From Phoronis australis (taxonomy: Eukaryota; Animalia; Phoronida), in assembly GCA_002633005.1 (NCBI GenBank), contig NMRA01000232.1, forward strand, positions 151,181-215,180: DNA of 64,000 nt. Direction: 5' to 3'. Positions 40,670 to 54,300 of the stretch are shown here, in pieces. A program made the position numbers and the translations under genes. Positions within the stretch are counted from its first letter, which is position 1; each line of letters starts with the position of its first letter. Below the pieces are notes generated by a model. The model did no database searches. It was not told the DNA's origin and was given only the letters and a program-made list of their open reading frames with translations.

Positions 40670-42279
40670 CATTTTCAATTCCATTTCTTTGCATCAGTCT
40701 CTCTATCCGTGTAACTGATTGAGGACCTTTTTAAAAAAATTGCAGCTGCTTTGCTACTGACATGACTATCACTAACGTTGATTTTCGCCAAGCTGGTATA
40801 ACTACTGTGGCACCCTCTATTGGCAATTTTATGTATTCTATCCACACCAGTATCTCCCTAACCCCTTGCCAAATTTTCGTGAAAGATAGCAGGTGTATTT
40901 CTTTGTGAATGTGGCACCAGATGGCAACTTTAGGATTTTTGCGCCATCCAGTGGCCATTTTTGCGACACTCATGAAAACCCCCAGAAGCTCCTGTTTGTG
41001 TTGCAACCGTTGACACATTTCGGGTTGCTCTTGTAACTTGGAGTCTGTCAAACTTAAGTTAATTATTGCTGCTAACAACAGCACTAGGTGTAGTGCAAGG
41101 CCACTCGATAACCTTGTCTTTCATTGATATGAATGCAAGCATTACGAAGAGTAAAGTATCGAGTGACCAAGGTGTAGTGTACCAGTACTACTCTTGTTTT
41201 TTTTACACAAAACAACTTGTTGTTTTCAACTACTAAGTGATCTAATATTTGTATTGCACGAATTGAGTCTTAATTTTCTTTCGTTCATGTTTTGCTTGTT
41301 ATAGACAGGGTCAATTGAGTACATGTGCCTTTTTTAGTGACATTTGCCCCCATTTTAATTGGGTGATCTCCAAATAAAATATGACGAACGACGTATTTCC
41401 GTGCTTAACACAGGACAGCTGTAAAAAGTAACTGGTTGGCTCTGGCTACAATTTCCACTGGGTCAGTGTGTTTTTTCCACCAGACTCATTGCAATCTCCA
41501 TTGTTCGCTGGTCAGTTTCACCATGGAAACTAACAGTACACACTAATTGCTGACCCAGAGCCGGTAGATGTACTCAAATGTTTCTTCATTCCAGAGCCCA
41601 GGTTCCTAGCAGTCTCAACCACATAACTTTCACTGTAGTCAGGGCAATTTGTTGATAAAACCACATTTACAACAATCATCAGACTTGTCCAAAATAAACT
41701 TCATGACTCATATTCTAACGGGGCCAGTGACATGAGATTTCATTCTACTGAAAGACACTTATTTCTTGTTTGCACAGAAGTGAAATAGAAAATTCCAAAA
41801 AAGTAATTTCGATACACAACTCTATCTCAAATTTAGGAAGCAGTATTGGTTCCTAGATCAAGTGCATATAACAATGATACAAAAGATTTCCTTTAGTACA
41901 AGACCAATTGGTGACGCGCCATATATAATGGCCGTAATATAATGCATACTTTACATGCCTAGATGCGGTAACTGTGATTAAGTGGCAAAATCTGAAACGC
42001 CAACATTATTAAAGAGAACATAAACATAATGTATGTACAAATAAAAATAAATTTTAATGAAATAACTTGGCAATAAGAGTCAACTGGATCAATTATCAAA
42101 TGAGCTCAAAAATTACACAAACATCACCGGCATGGTTAGGTTTCAGTCTCCACTCATTAAGAGAGGAAACGCTATGCAAATTAGCAGTCAATAAGGTAGT
42201 AACTGGAAGACACCTGAAGTATGGCATCCAATCCATAGATCCCTTCCTCTATCAGGAAACTTCCATAATGGACATGGTA

Positions 42280-42308
42280 TCATCTGTAGGCAAGATTTTC
42301 TAGATTTT
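42280..42308 (-). CDS. HDAC8: HDAC8 probable last coding exon (ENLENLAYR*)
   Basis: Acceptor gatttcag, phase 1 fits, and it resembles human GNLKHVV*. A possible ATTAAA signal lies at ~42053. The exon is short, so alternatives cannot be excluded. Confidence 0.6.
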
Positions 42309-45300
42309 CTGAAATCATGAATGAATACATCTATGGTGAACAATAGGGTAAATGTTTCTAAATTTAGTACACAATATCGCCGACAACAGATTGAGTTCTG
42401 TAAGACCATGACCTGTCACTACTGTACAAGCTGACACAATAATAAATGTTGCAATAGTTTGTGCAAACCATCCAAGCACAGACTGTTGTCATTTTTCAAT
42501 TGCCACACTTTGTGGTTCGACATGCACAAAATGTCAAAAGATAACCCACAAACTGTAACAGTTTGCGTTGAACTTTGAAACACAATGACAATGCAACTGG
42601 GTGCTGTGATAGTTTTTACACATGCTTGGAGTCTTGAAGAATGGATGGTTCTGCCCATCCTCCATCATGCTGGCCGACTATTGAGAGAGTGATGAGTCTT
42701 GAGGCGACCGGAGGAACAAGATCGCTTTCTCACTTGTGAGCCACGCAATTGAAAAAGACTAGTATCATAGGCAACCTAATGGTGATGACTGTGAACAGGA
42801 TAACTATGGTGAAGCACAGAGTAATTAGTGGAGGCAACTTAAATACAAAGACATACAAGTATCATGAGATGTAAAAATAAGGTGGATGTCAACACCCAAC
42901 ACTGACATACAAAATGGAAAAGACTTGTACTATCACCTGCCATGAGTGATGTTTTGAAACAGGCACTGGATTTTCCACTGTTTTCCAAATTCTGACAGTT
43001 TTTGTTTTGAATGTTTGCACAAACTGCTGCAATATGAGGATATTGGCAGTTACCATGGTGACAGTATGTGGTCTAACAGCTGCTTCTATGCAGTAGAGCA
43101 GAGTAGGAATGCGTCATGACATTGTCACAGGAATTATAGTGGGAGAATAATTTAGTTTTGCGGCAGTATGCAGCTTTTCAGCTCCTGTTATTGTTTTGGG
43201 TATCCACTTCCCCTGCTTGTCCAAGTATTGTAGTGTAAATTACAGGCAGTCACAAAGAGACATGTTTCAGCATATCCGTTTCACAGGCCTTTCTTATGTA
43301 TGGAAGCTTCAATAATGGAGGTGGACCAACAATGATGACGTATCAACCATAATGCGTTTTCCTGGTTATTATTTCTGCATTTACTAACTTTCATTGAGCA
43401 AACAAAATGACTGACCAGCTGTTGGAAACCTACTGTTGAGCCGACTCCGACTGACTAGCTGTAGCTGTTGGAAACCTACTGTGGAGCTGACTCCCTAAAT
43501 TCACTAATTGGTTTTAGTAAATAGTGTTGAACAAATTGAAATCACAACCTTATCTTTAAAGTTACACTTAAAATTCATAAAGCAAACAATTGTTCAAGTC
43601 TTCTTGCCTTTGATTACAGTAGATGTTTTCTTATGTAGCATTGACATAAGCAACAGATCAATTGGTTGATTTCACAAAATGAACCAAGATGATAGAACTA
43701 TATCACAAATCAATAACAAGACAGGTAGGAATGCCTATAAAAGCATGTAATTCTCAGTAAAAACAGTATTTGCCAAGCCATCATTGCAACAAAAAATAAC
43801 TGAAAGAATAAGTTTTCGACAGAACTTCCTATTAAATCTACTTGCTGTACTTGGGTAGCACATTTTCTGTTACACAAAACTTGTTAAAGACACGACACTT
43901 GTCGTTGTTGAATATCGAACTTTGTTCCGAGGATACAAGTGGAATGGAATAAAGACAGTCAACAACGACAAGTGTCGCCTCTTTAACAAGTTTTGTATAA
44001 CTCTATTTTTTAAACAATGGCTTTATTCATACCTTTTATGGTGTCAACAATGTGAGTGATATCTGGCTGGATGTTATCATTACATCGGTTTCCTGGAGTT
44101 AGACACAACTCGTAGTCTGGTCCATAGAGGGTAAAATACTAAAACAATATTTCAAATTCCTATTAATACCATGCAAATGTATGCACAGGTAAAAGCAGAT
44201 AATTTTGTCTAACAATGATAAGCAGCAGGGGACAGTTTGAATGGTTAAAATGGCATAGAATGTTCAAAAACAGACTAAATTGCATTACTCAAAGTGGCTC
44301 CGTCACTGAAACAGAAGTCAAACTGTTCACCAGATATTTTTACAGTTTAGTCTGTTGCTGTCAAAGCATTTTTCCTTTAGTTTCAAAATTTGAAAAAAAA
44401 CAATCTGTCCCCTGCTCGTCACTTCGTCAATTTTCTCCCGCACAGCACAGACGTAGCACATTTCCCATATATAGAAAATGTGACCTTTGAACTTTGATGT
44501 AAACAAAACAATGGCGATTTCAAGCAGTAACCTGCCCGACGTCTTTGAGCGCATGTGTGCATATATATTATTACGGGCAGAGAATTTGAAAACTGTATTG
44601 GAATGAAAGAGTTTATATCTCGTCTGTGTTTTGAAAAATAATAAATTTGATGATTTTTTTTAGAAATTAAAGTGAATAACTATCACGCTAACATCCCCAA
44701 GAAGAAGATTTACCACGACCTGTTTAAAAGGTACACTATTCTTCACATTCTATGCCTCTTTAAAGCCCTTATTCCATAAGTGTTCCGTCACGTGGACAGA
44801 CATTATTTTCGCAAATGAAACAACCAGATATAAAATGACGCATCATTTCAAGCCAACTTACTGAACTACGTCTCGAGCAATGATTTACTGTCACTTCTTC
44901 CGTGCCAAAAAATCCATTTAACTCTGAATAAGGGACAGTTGACACCAATATATTACCACAACTGGTCTAAATCAAAAGTTTCACTTGGTTTTCGACAATG
45001 TTTTGAGAAAGTTTTTACAGAAGCTGGGTGTTTCTCAACTTTCAGGAATAAAGACTGGAAATTATACGTAGTACCACTGTATTATAAACAAAACATTCCA
45101 AGCATGTCAAGTAAACTTAAACATCTGCTTTATAGAGCTAACAAATAAGAAACAAAAGTCCGCCAGTGAAAGATCTGATAATAAAGCAACAAAGAGGAGG
45201 GTTGCTAAAGGTCTAAGTGCACTGAAGATGACGAAAAGTATTAAAGAATAATGTTGGTTGACACTCACTTTATGTTCAGGAATGTCATTGGCTAGATGCT

Positions 45301-48300
45301 TTTTCAAAATATCGCCAGTAACTCTCGTCCAGCAGCGGGCTGTGTTGGCTTTGTTGTAGCCCCCTGCAAAACAACTTCCCAATTAGGCAAACCAATGATC
45401 AGAAGAAATTCCACTTCCTTGTTATCATTTCATCTACTCTGATGATGAATTCTGCTTGAACTCAGTCGTCATGACAACAAATTTTGGTTGTGCTCAGGTG
45501 TTAATTTGCCAAATTATTTTGGCATGTGCAACAAAATAATGTAACTGCAGAACTCAAACATAACTGACAAAAATGACTGCTGTACTGTTTCTTTTCAATC
45601 AATTGTTTAACTAGACAAGTCAAGAAGTTGTTACACCTATATTCCTGAAGTACGTTCCTAAGTTTTACCATGCAATCAAACATAACAGTTGTCAACTTTG
45701 TAAGAACTTACCACCCCCTAGGACTAAAGTGGGCAGATTCCATGCCAAGACATGTCTTATGCATGCTGACATTGCATCTGGGGTCAGATTAAATGATGCC
45801 ATTGGGTCACCTATCATACCATCAGCTCCACATTGGCACACAATAGCGTCGGGTTTGAACGCACTGCGCACCACTTCTGACACACTGAAATGGAAAAATG
45901 GAAGTAGATATAACCATGGCTTTAGGATCCATCTCTTGTTTTTAATTTTAATATTTTACCAGTTTAACTGAAGCCAAAAACTGCTGTTGTTTTCATATCT
46001 CATTCAAGCATTTCCTCACAGATGCATACTACTTAGGCTGACAGTTTCAGTAGGCACACCGTCTAAACTGAAAAATGTAAAGAGTTAAAAAGAGATGTAA
46101 CATTTGTTAACAGTGATGACATGCCAATGTCAAATAAGTTTTAAAAAACCTTAAAGCATGATTGTAAACCCACCTCCTGTAAACCCACCCCCTGTAAACC
46201 CACCTCCTGTAAACCCACCTCCTGTAAACCCACCTCCTGTAAACCCACCTCCAGTAAACCCATCTCCCGCTAAATTTGGATTAGACCACACACCATTATG
46301 AAATCATCTCAAACTGTTGCTTAGTGGTCCCTGCAGACATTTTTTGAAAAGCAAGCTTTATTCATCCACAATTTTATAGAACTTCGTACTTGATACTTGG
46401 AGATCATTGTTATTGAGTGATGATGAATAAAACTACTGACCAATGCAATGGGCCCCCATGAGCAGCCTACAGACATCTGGTACAACGTGCACCAGAATGC
46501 CTGTAATTATTTTTTGTTGCACCACCAACGTTATGCTTATAGGGGCATTTATTAATATCATAAAAATGGCCATTAGATCGCACAGAAAACATCAAACCCA
46601 TCTGAAAATGGGAAGGCATGATAGTCACCGTAATACCCTATTGGTCATGTGTCATGAAAAGCCATCAATGAACTACGAAGAAACCGAGGCAAATGTGGCA
46701 AAATAAATTGCCACAGCACTAGAAGGTACAGCAGTAGTTTAATCGTTCTGAAAAAGAGTGTTTATCTATGAAGTGCCAAAGGGTTCTTAACCAAGTACCT
46801 TTCTGCGCATTGAAATGTGCTTAATCAATGCGCAGTTTTGCTTAATCAACAGGCCTAATTAGTTAAACGATCATTGTTCTGCTCTCATTCAACATGCACT
46901 TTTGTTTAACCAAAGCGCACTTATATTGCTTAACCAAGGCGCACTTACATTGCTTAACCAATGCGCACTTATATTGCTTAACCAATGCGCACTTATATTG
47001 CTTAACCAATGCGCACTTATTTTGGTTAATCAATGCGCACTTATATCGCTTAATCAATGACCACTTATATTGCTTAATCAATGCGCACTTATATTGGTTA
47101 ATCAATGCGCACGTATATCGCTTAATAAATGCGCACGTATATCGCTTAATCAATGCGCACTTATATTGCTTAATCAATGCGCACTTATATTGCTTAATCA
47201 ATGCGCACTTATATTGCTTAACCAATGTGCACTTATATCACTTAATCAATGCGCACTTATATTGCTTAATCAATGCGCACTTATATTGCTTAACCAATAC
47301 GCACTTATATTGCTTAATCAATGTACACTTACCTGGTATATTGCTTATTCAACGCGTACTTTTAATCATTTATCATGCCTGTGCTCTCAAGTCTCAAAAT
47401 AGCATAAGATTCCACGTGGGTGCAAGGCAACTTTTGAATAATCCACGTTGGAGATTTTTATCAAGTGACCACATAAATGATGGACCTGTTATGCACTGAA
47501 AGTAAACTCGTCTTTGATTGCACATAACAAGTAACTAATTGAGCGCGTTGAATGAGTAAAACTCCGTGTTGATTAAGCAAAAGTGCGCGTTGAGTAAGAG
47601 CAGAACGATGATCATTTAAGAACTAATAAATGAGTGCATTGATTAAGCAAAACTACCCATTGACTAACAAACTTACGGGTTGTTTAAGCATATCTCAGTG
47701 CATAGAAAGGTACTTGTTTAAGAACCCTTTGGTGCTTCATAGTTATCTGTTGTCACACACATTAGGAATACACTAGCCAAAATTCACACAAAGTGGTAGG
47801 AAATGCATCTACAGATGAAAAATAGCTGTACAGTGTGCCACATAGTTGTACAGTGTGCCACATAGTTGTACAGTGTGCCACATAGTTGTACAGTGTGCCA
47901 CAAAGTTGTGCAGTGTGCCACGTAGTTGTGCAGTGTGCCACGTAGTTGTNGTGCCACATAGTTGTGCAGTGTGCCACATAGTTGTGCAGTGTGCCACATA
48001 GTTGTACAGGGTGCCACATAGTTGTACAGTGCGCCACATAGTTGTACAGGGTGCCACATAGTTGTGCAGTGCGCCACATAGTTGTACAGGGTGCCACATA
48101 GTTGTGCAGTGTGCCACATAGTTGTGCAGTGTGCCACATAGTTGTACAGGGTGCCACATAGTTGTACAGTGCGCCACATAGTTGTACAGGGTGCCACATA
48201 GTTGTGCAGTGCGCCACATAGTTGTACAGGGTGCCACATAGTTGTGCAGTGTGCCACATAGTTGTGCAGTGTGCCACATAGTTGTACAGTGTGCCACAGT

Positions 48301-51300
48301 AGTTGGAACTGTCTGAAAATCAACGTCATTCATGCTCTTATCAGTAGGAAAACGTACGAATCTTCATAATGATCCTTTGAGCGGTTTGTCAGATACAGAG
48401 GCTGCATAAAATGCTTAGTTTAGGTGAAGACAACTGTATAATACAAATTGTGCTTTCAATTAGACATTTTTTCCCATTTATATAAAAATTTTTATTAAAG
48501 CTGCATTTTGCTTGTTTAGTTGGCTAAAAAATGAAAATCAGATTAGACCTTTTTGGTCTCATAAAATCAGTCTCATCATTGTATTCCTTATCGTGATAGG
48601 ACTCTATTTTCTTTGTCAACAAGAACATGGAAACCATCAGTCACTCAAAGAAAAAGCTTAGTCAAGGTTCATTGCGTATTCGAAAATTTCACAAGTACGC
48701 ATTACCTTTGACTTAAGTTGCCAGCGTATTCAGCATTATTTCAAGATTGGACGAGTGTGGTAATGTTTTTAAACCTCAAAGAGCTTCGGTTAAGAATTCA
48801 ACATTCACATCCAACCAGCAACGAAATGCAGTCTTAATTAAAATTTTCAAGCTTTACCATACTGTTAGGAAAGTTTACCACTAACTACCACTTACTCGTT
48901 AAACACCTGAATATATTGTCTGTCTGTTATGCCATCCTTCAGAGGAACATTGGCAGCAAAGTACTTGCCCTTCAACACACCCACATCCTTCAAGCTTCCT
49001 GTACCTAGCCAACAAAGAAGAATAAAAGAAGTCCACATAGCCCAAACATTGAAGTCGGGAAACTGACTAATTAGAAAATCCAGAAAATCCAACTCCTCAA
49101 ATATGTTTACCTGGAAAGAATCCCGCCGAGTACTTGTGAAACGATAAGGTAAACACTTTACATGTAGCGCAAAAGGCATCTTCCACACCTGCGAAAAGGA
49201 GACAAGTTGACTGATCTGGCCAAACAAAGCCTACGGTATTGGTCTGTAACCCAACTCATTTTGAGACCTGCGCTTTACCGACTAAAGCCCCCCCCATCCT
49301 GCCCACATCGAGGTCTTGTGTTTTTTTGAAAAACTGCATTAAGGAATACAAGCAAGGGTAAACAGGTTTCAAACACCATGATTTTCCAAGTGATGAGTGA
49401 ATGAACAGATCCTGTATCACATTTGCTTATCACAGGTGAATTTTCTATGTTGAAAAATTGGCAACTAAAAATACTGTACCATTGAATTGACTTCCAAAAA
49501 AAAAAACAGACAAAACCATCCATGCTTTTTGGCCAAATAACAATCTCAATAGTGATACAAAGCTTTTCTTAAAAAATCACATTTACAGTTATTCATGAAT
49601 AGCAGCATTGCTTGTCAAGACAATTTAATTATCGCAAACATTTCTAAGTCTGGTCAGCACGCACCGCTGGCCACTTCACGTGAACTAATGAATATAAGTC
49701 TGAAAAAAATTCTGCCCCAACCAAGACTCGCATAACGCTAAATTGTTGAGAGAGACTGTCCGGAGTTGGTATATGGTGTAACTCCGGACGGTCTGGGGAC
49801 AACAGAAGACCACAGTTCAACTGTGAGTCTACACCAATGTGATAAACGATAGAAGTTCTACTTGCTCCGTCAGCTGCTTGTGTGCTTATCTCTTTTATGA
49901 GACACAAAATGTGACTGGGCAAAGCATTTTCAAAATAATGTGGACAAGAGCAACGCAGAGCGTTGAAATGCGCCCACAATTGCACCGCATACGGTATCCT
50001 TCTAGGGTTGTTTATTGGTACCATAAAGTGGCCAGTAGAGGGCATATATGTAGTATGTTGTACTTTGCAAAATGGAAAGGCATGGTCCTTGTCTCCTCAA
50101 TAGGCTAGGGGCAAAATGTGAGTAATCTTCATAATACAAGCACATCCTATACACCAGTTGCTTAAAGCACCACAGAAACATAGAATTAAAAACAAATTTA
50201 CCAACATACGAGATTAGCACAGCATTAGAATGCCAGAAACAAATTTCTACTTGGAACTTTTCCTTCATAGTCACGAANNNNNNNNNNNNNNNNNNNNNNN
50301 NNNNNNNNNNNNNNNNNNNNNNNNNNNNNNNNNNNNNNNNNNNNNNNNNNNNNNNNNNNNNNNNNNNNNNNNNNNNNNNNNNNNNNNNNNNNNTCATTTG
50401 TTGCCGATCATATACATGTAGATGGCACGATGTTGCACAGATTTGTACTTAAACCTGTCGTTAATCCAGACTCCAAGGGAACTTAAAAAAAATCTTAGAG
50501 ACGTTAGAAAACTAATGAAGATTTCAGGTAATTTTCTTGAGTCGAAACTATTTTTATTCAAGCATTGAAGTCGCCATATCGAAGACGGCGATTTCGAGGC
50601 AGTCAGTCGGCGAGTTTTCGCCTTGGGATTTCAGCACAATTTTCTGTAAAATGATCGTAATTAAGTAGCAAAGTTTGATAGCAATGCACCACAGTTTTGT
50701 TGAAAGTCCGCGGCATGATTGTTTCGAATCAATTTGTTGATTTTTATTCCCTACTTCGCCCTCAACATCCATGACGTGCCTAGGCGCTCTGTGCGTCGGA
50801 AAAATTGCTAAGCGCTGTTTTCTGGGGCGGTTGAACGAAAATCTTGGCTAATACCCTGGGATAAAGATTTTTATCGACTTAATTTTTCGTTTTCAAAGTA
50901 AAAGTGATGAATGATATACCTACACGTTATTCACTAATGAGAGTACCCAGACTCGAAAGTTGTGAGCTCGAATTTTTGCCGACGCGGACCTTTGTGATGC
51001 AGCCGGCCTCAAACGACGCGCCCATTTCTTACTAAGTGCATCGCCCATTTTTTTGCTGCTACGATTTTTATGGCAAAAGTAGGACTACAACCATTTTTAG
51101 TTACCTGTATTGGTGGCCTACCGAGACATTTTACTCCACTTTCGCGCTCACCTGAAAAACCCTCCCTCTACGAGGAAGCGATCCTAATGTGACGGTCAAT
51201 GGTCTATTCTACATTTCTTTTAACATTCTTCTGGGGATAACTCGATGAAATTAGTAAACTAATTACATAACACATTAATATATCGGTTCAGAAACACACG

Positions 51301-54300
51301 TGGAAATCGACTGGAGCGGAACTCCTAACTTACCTATAAACAGTGTTCAAATTTTAAGCACAACTCTAACATAAAATTAGACCTACAGAAAACACTGTTA
51401 AAGCGTAACTGTGTAAACAATCTTGACCAAAACTCACTCCCAGTTCCAATTAGACAACTCAAGTGGCCGACCCGACAAGTGAAGAATGCCACATGTTCAG
51501 GAAATCCACAAAACTATTCTAGAAGTTAATGCATCACAATTAGTTAATTTTTCCATTAAAAGAACGGCGTTCTTACATTGAAAGAGAGCAGAAGACGGAA
51601 ATCGGTCAAAAAGTTCGTCTGCTAACTTCCGTCAATCCGCTATAGAAGTCCCATATAAGTTAATTACAGGAGTTAAAAATTAACAGAGTAACTATTGAAC
51701 ATATTCTCATGAGGAGTATATGTAGAAACAATGAACGGAGATAGCTTACCTTTTTCCAAGACATCCTAATCTGCTTATTGCTACACGTATTCACACACGT
51801 CGTGACTCGTCGTAGACAAATGTTCAGCAATCACGAAGCACCCAACGCAGTTTTCCTTGCGCCATAGTAAAATCGCTATTAAAACTAATTAGAAAAAATA
51901 AAAATGCCACCAGAAATGCATGCTATGTCTCTGTTGGAAATCTGGTTTCTTAAAGCGCAAGAAACCTGGAAATTAATTCCAATCATGTGTTTACAAAATG
52001 CTTTTGGGATTCTCATTGTTGTTTTTGTGGTTGACTGCACAGGCGCTATTCCTCGATCACAACTGTCGTCATTCACTACTATGAAAACATGCGTTTCTAT
52101 TATTAGCCATTGGGAAATTCGAGCGCCTGTGGTTGACTGGTGTTATGGGCATGATAGGGAGATCGGAGGGATTGGAAAAAGTCGCCGCTTTTTGCAAGTT
52201 GCGTTTAGTTTAGTTGTTGATTATGTGTGGATTGTTTATAAAACTTACTGAAATTACCCACCATCAAACATTTATGGCACAACGAAACAACAACGACCTG
52301 TAAATTTTTATTTTTTTGAAGTACGACCACCAGTCATTTTGAATTTAAATCAAACACAACCACCCATAATTTTTTATTTCAACTGCCGTCCCCCCCCTCC
52401 CATACGGATTTTACTGGAACAGCCCTCATTTATTCTGTAGATGCGAATGTGAAACATTCTTTTTAAATTACGATCATTACAATCAGAGTGTGAGCTTGTG
52501 CTAAAACACATCTCGGTGCCTGTTAGTACCAGCCCCCATCAAAACAACTTAACATTGAGCGTAATACCAGCATTGGGCAACCAACCTTGTGCCTACAGGC
52601 CTGTTTCACCACTAACCTCTTAGCATGATGCCAGCCTCCAGGCCAGTTAATTGCCACATCACACTCGCCTGAGTTCAAACAGCGTGCAGCAGTTATACTC
52701 GCTCCTGCTACGAGAGATGCGTAGTCATAAACACCCTCCTCAGCTGGACAGTCGTAACCTAAACAATCAACAGTATTNCTGTCACTGACACTACTTCTGA
52801 GCCTGCCATGCGTGCATACAAGACATTTGCAAATAAGTAGAGAAAACTGCATTTTTACTCATTTATTTTGTAGATGCGAATGTGAAACAGTCTTTTTAAA
52901 TTACGATCATTACAATCAGAGTGTGAGCTTGTGCTAAAACACATCTCGGTGCCTGTTAGTACCAGCCCCCATCAAAACAACTTAACATTGAGCGTAATAC
53001 CAGCATTGGGCAACCAACCTTGTGCCTACAGGCCTGTTTCACCACTAACCTCTTAGCATGATGCCAGCCTCCAGGCCAGTTAATTGCCACATCACACTCG
53101 CCTGAGTTCAAACAGCGTGCAGCAGTTATACTCGCTCCTGCTACGAGAGATGCGTAGTCATAAACACCCTCCTCAGCTGGACAGTCGTAACCTAAACAAT
53201 CAACAGTATTTTGAAAATTTCTCATGACAAACAATTTAAGATAGGCAAAGCATTATTTCTTAAATCTGTTCAACTGCAGAAGAACAGAAACTTTTGAAAA
53301 ATAAAAAGTTTAGAGTTATTCCAGTAATTGTTTTTATCCAAAGATATTGACACTTTAGGCATACCTCGATACATAATATTTTGTCTTGATAATATCCAAA
53401 GTTTTAAATATTAAAATTTAGTGTTTCGCACACACTTTACGAACTGTAGAGTTAAACATCTTTGAGGTGTTCCTAATATAACCACTGGGATACCATGTTT
53501 ATTATAAGTACTAATAGCATCATTTGGCACCTCCTCATGTACATGGCTATCTGGAAATTGTTATAAACAAAGTCTAAAAATTTCCTCAAAATGTAGATCC
53601 AGTACATTTCGACACATCATTTAACAAAACTCACAAACTCTGACAGAGAAAGGAAATTAGCACCATTCTTCTGCATGAGGTTGTTTGTTAAACATCTACT
53701 GTCTTAGTTTATGGAACAAAGTTACGACAGACTACAGACAGCAATATATGGTGGTCAGTCACAAAAAATGCAATCATGACATTTTACCAAGACCAAACTG
53801 CTCCGCGTAGTCATCATACTTTTCGGGGTCATCACTGGAGCTGATTTTTTGAAGTGCCTCGACATAGTCTGAAGAGTGGAACATCAGAATTTCCATCTCA
53901 GTCGCACACCTTGGGGGAATGAGACTGCAAAATAGACATTTTAAGAACACAATACTCAGTAGCAGCTGCAAACAGGTCATCATGAACGGACATGCTTACA
54001 GTTATCTCAAAACGTCAGGTTTAATATTCGGTAAGCTTTTCAGTTGTTCAAAACCCAGTGTGATATAAAACTGCAATTTCATTTTGGAAATTTCTCAACA
54101 AGAATAATAATTAAAAAGCCTATTTTGTTTTCTTCAAGGTTTGAACTGTCATTTACCACAAAAAATAAACAGCATAATTAATCATAAAGTCAGTTTTTCA
54201 AGAATTGCTGCAAACCTGGCAGTTATTTTTGCCAGAACTTACAATTCTTTAATTCCTTCATAAAGCATGCAGTCTTCTATTCAAATACCACCAGATTTTT

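Larger units (their letters stand above)
38050..41110 (+). mobile_element. Older, related HINE-like repeat into which the 38928-40669 element is inserted (boundaries approximate)
   Basis: A degenerate 5' motif atgcgtccacatata lies at ~38100. More diverged versions of the same ~145-bp monomers occur on both sides of the inner element (38340-38920 and 40680-40960). Confidence 0.5.

Noticed and set aside
46863-48333. Long ORFs on both strands ([22 protein letters not shown] repeats)
   Set aside because: These are translations of 21-bp and 20-bp minisatellites, with no protein features or splice context.
52523-52852. Second HDAC8 paralogue or mutually exclusive exon
   Set aside because: The coding sequence is identical and the copy ends at an N junction, so an artefact is more parsimonious.
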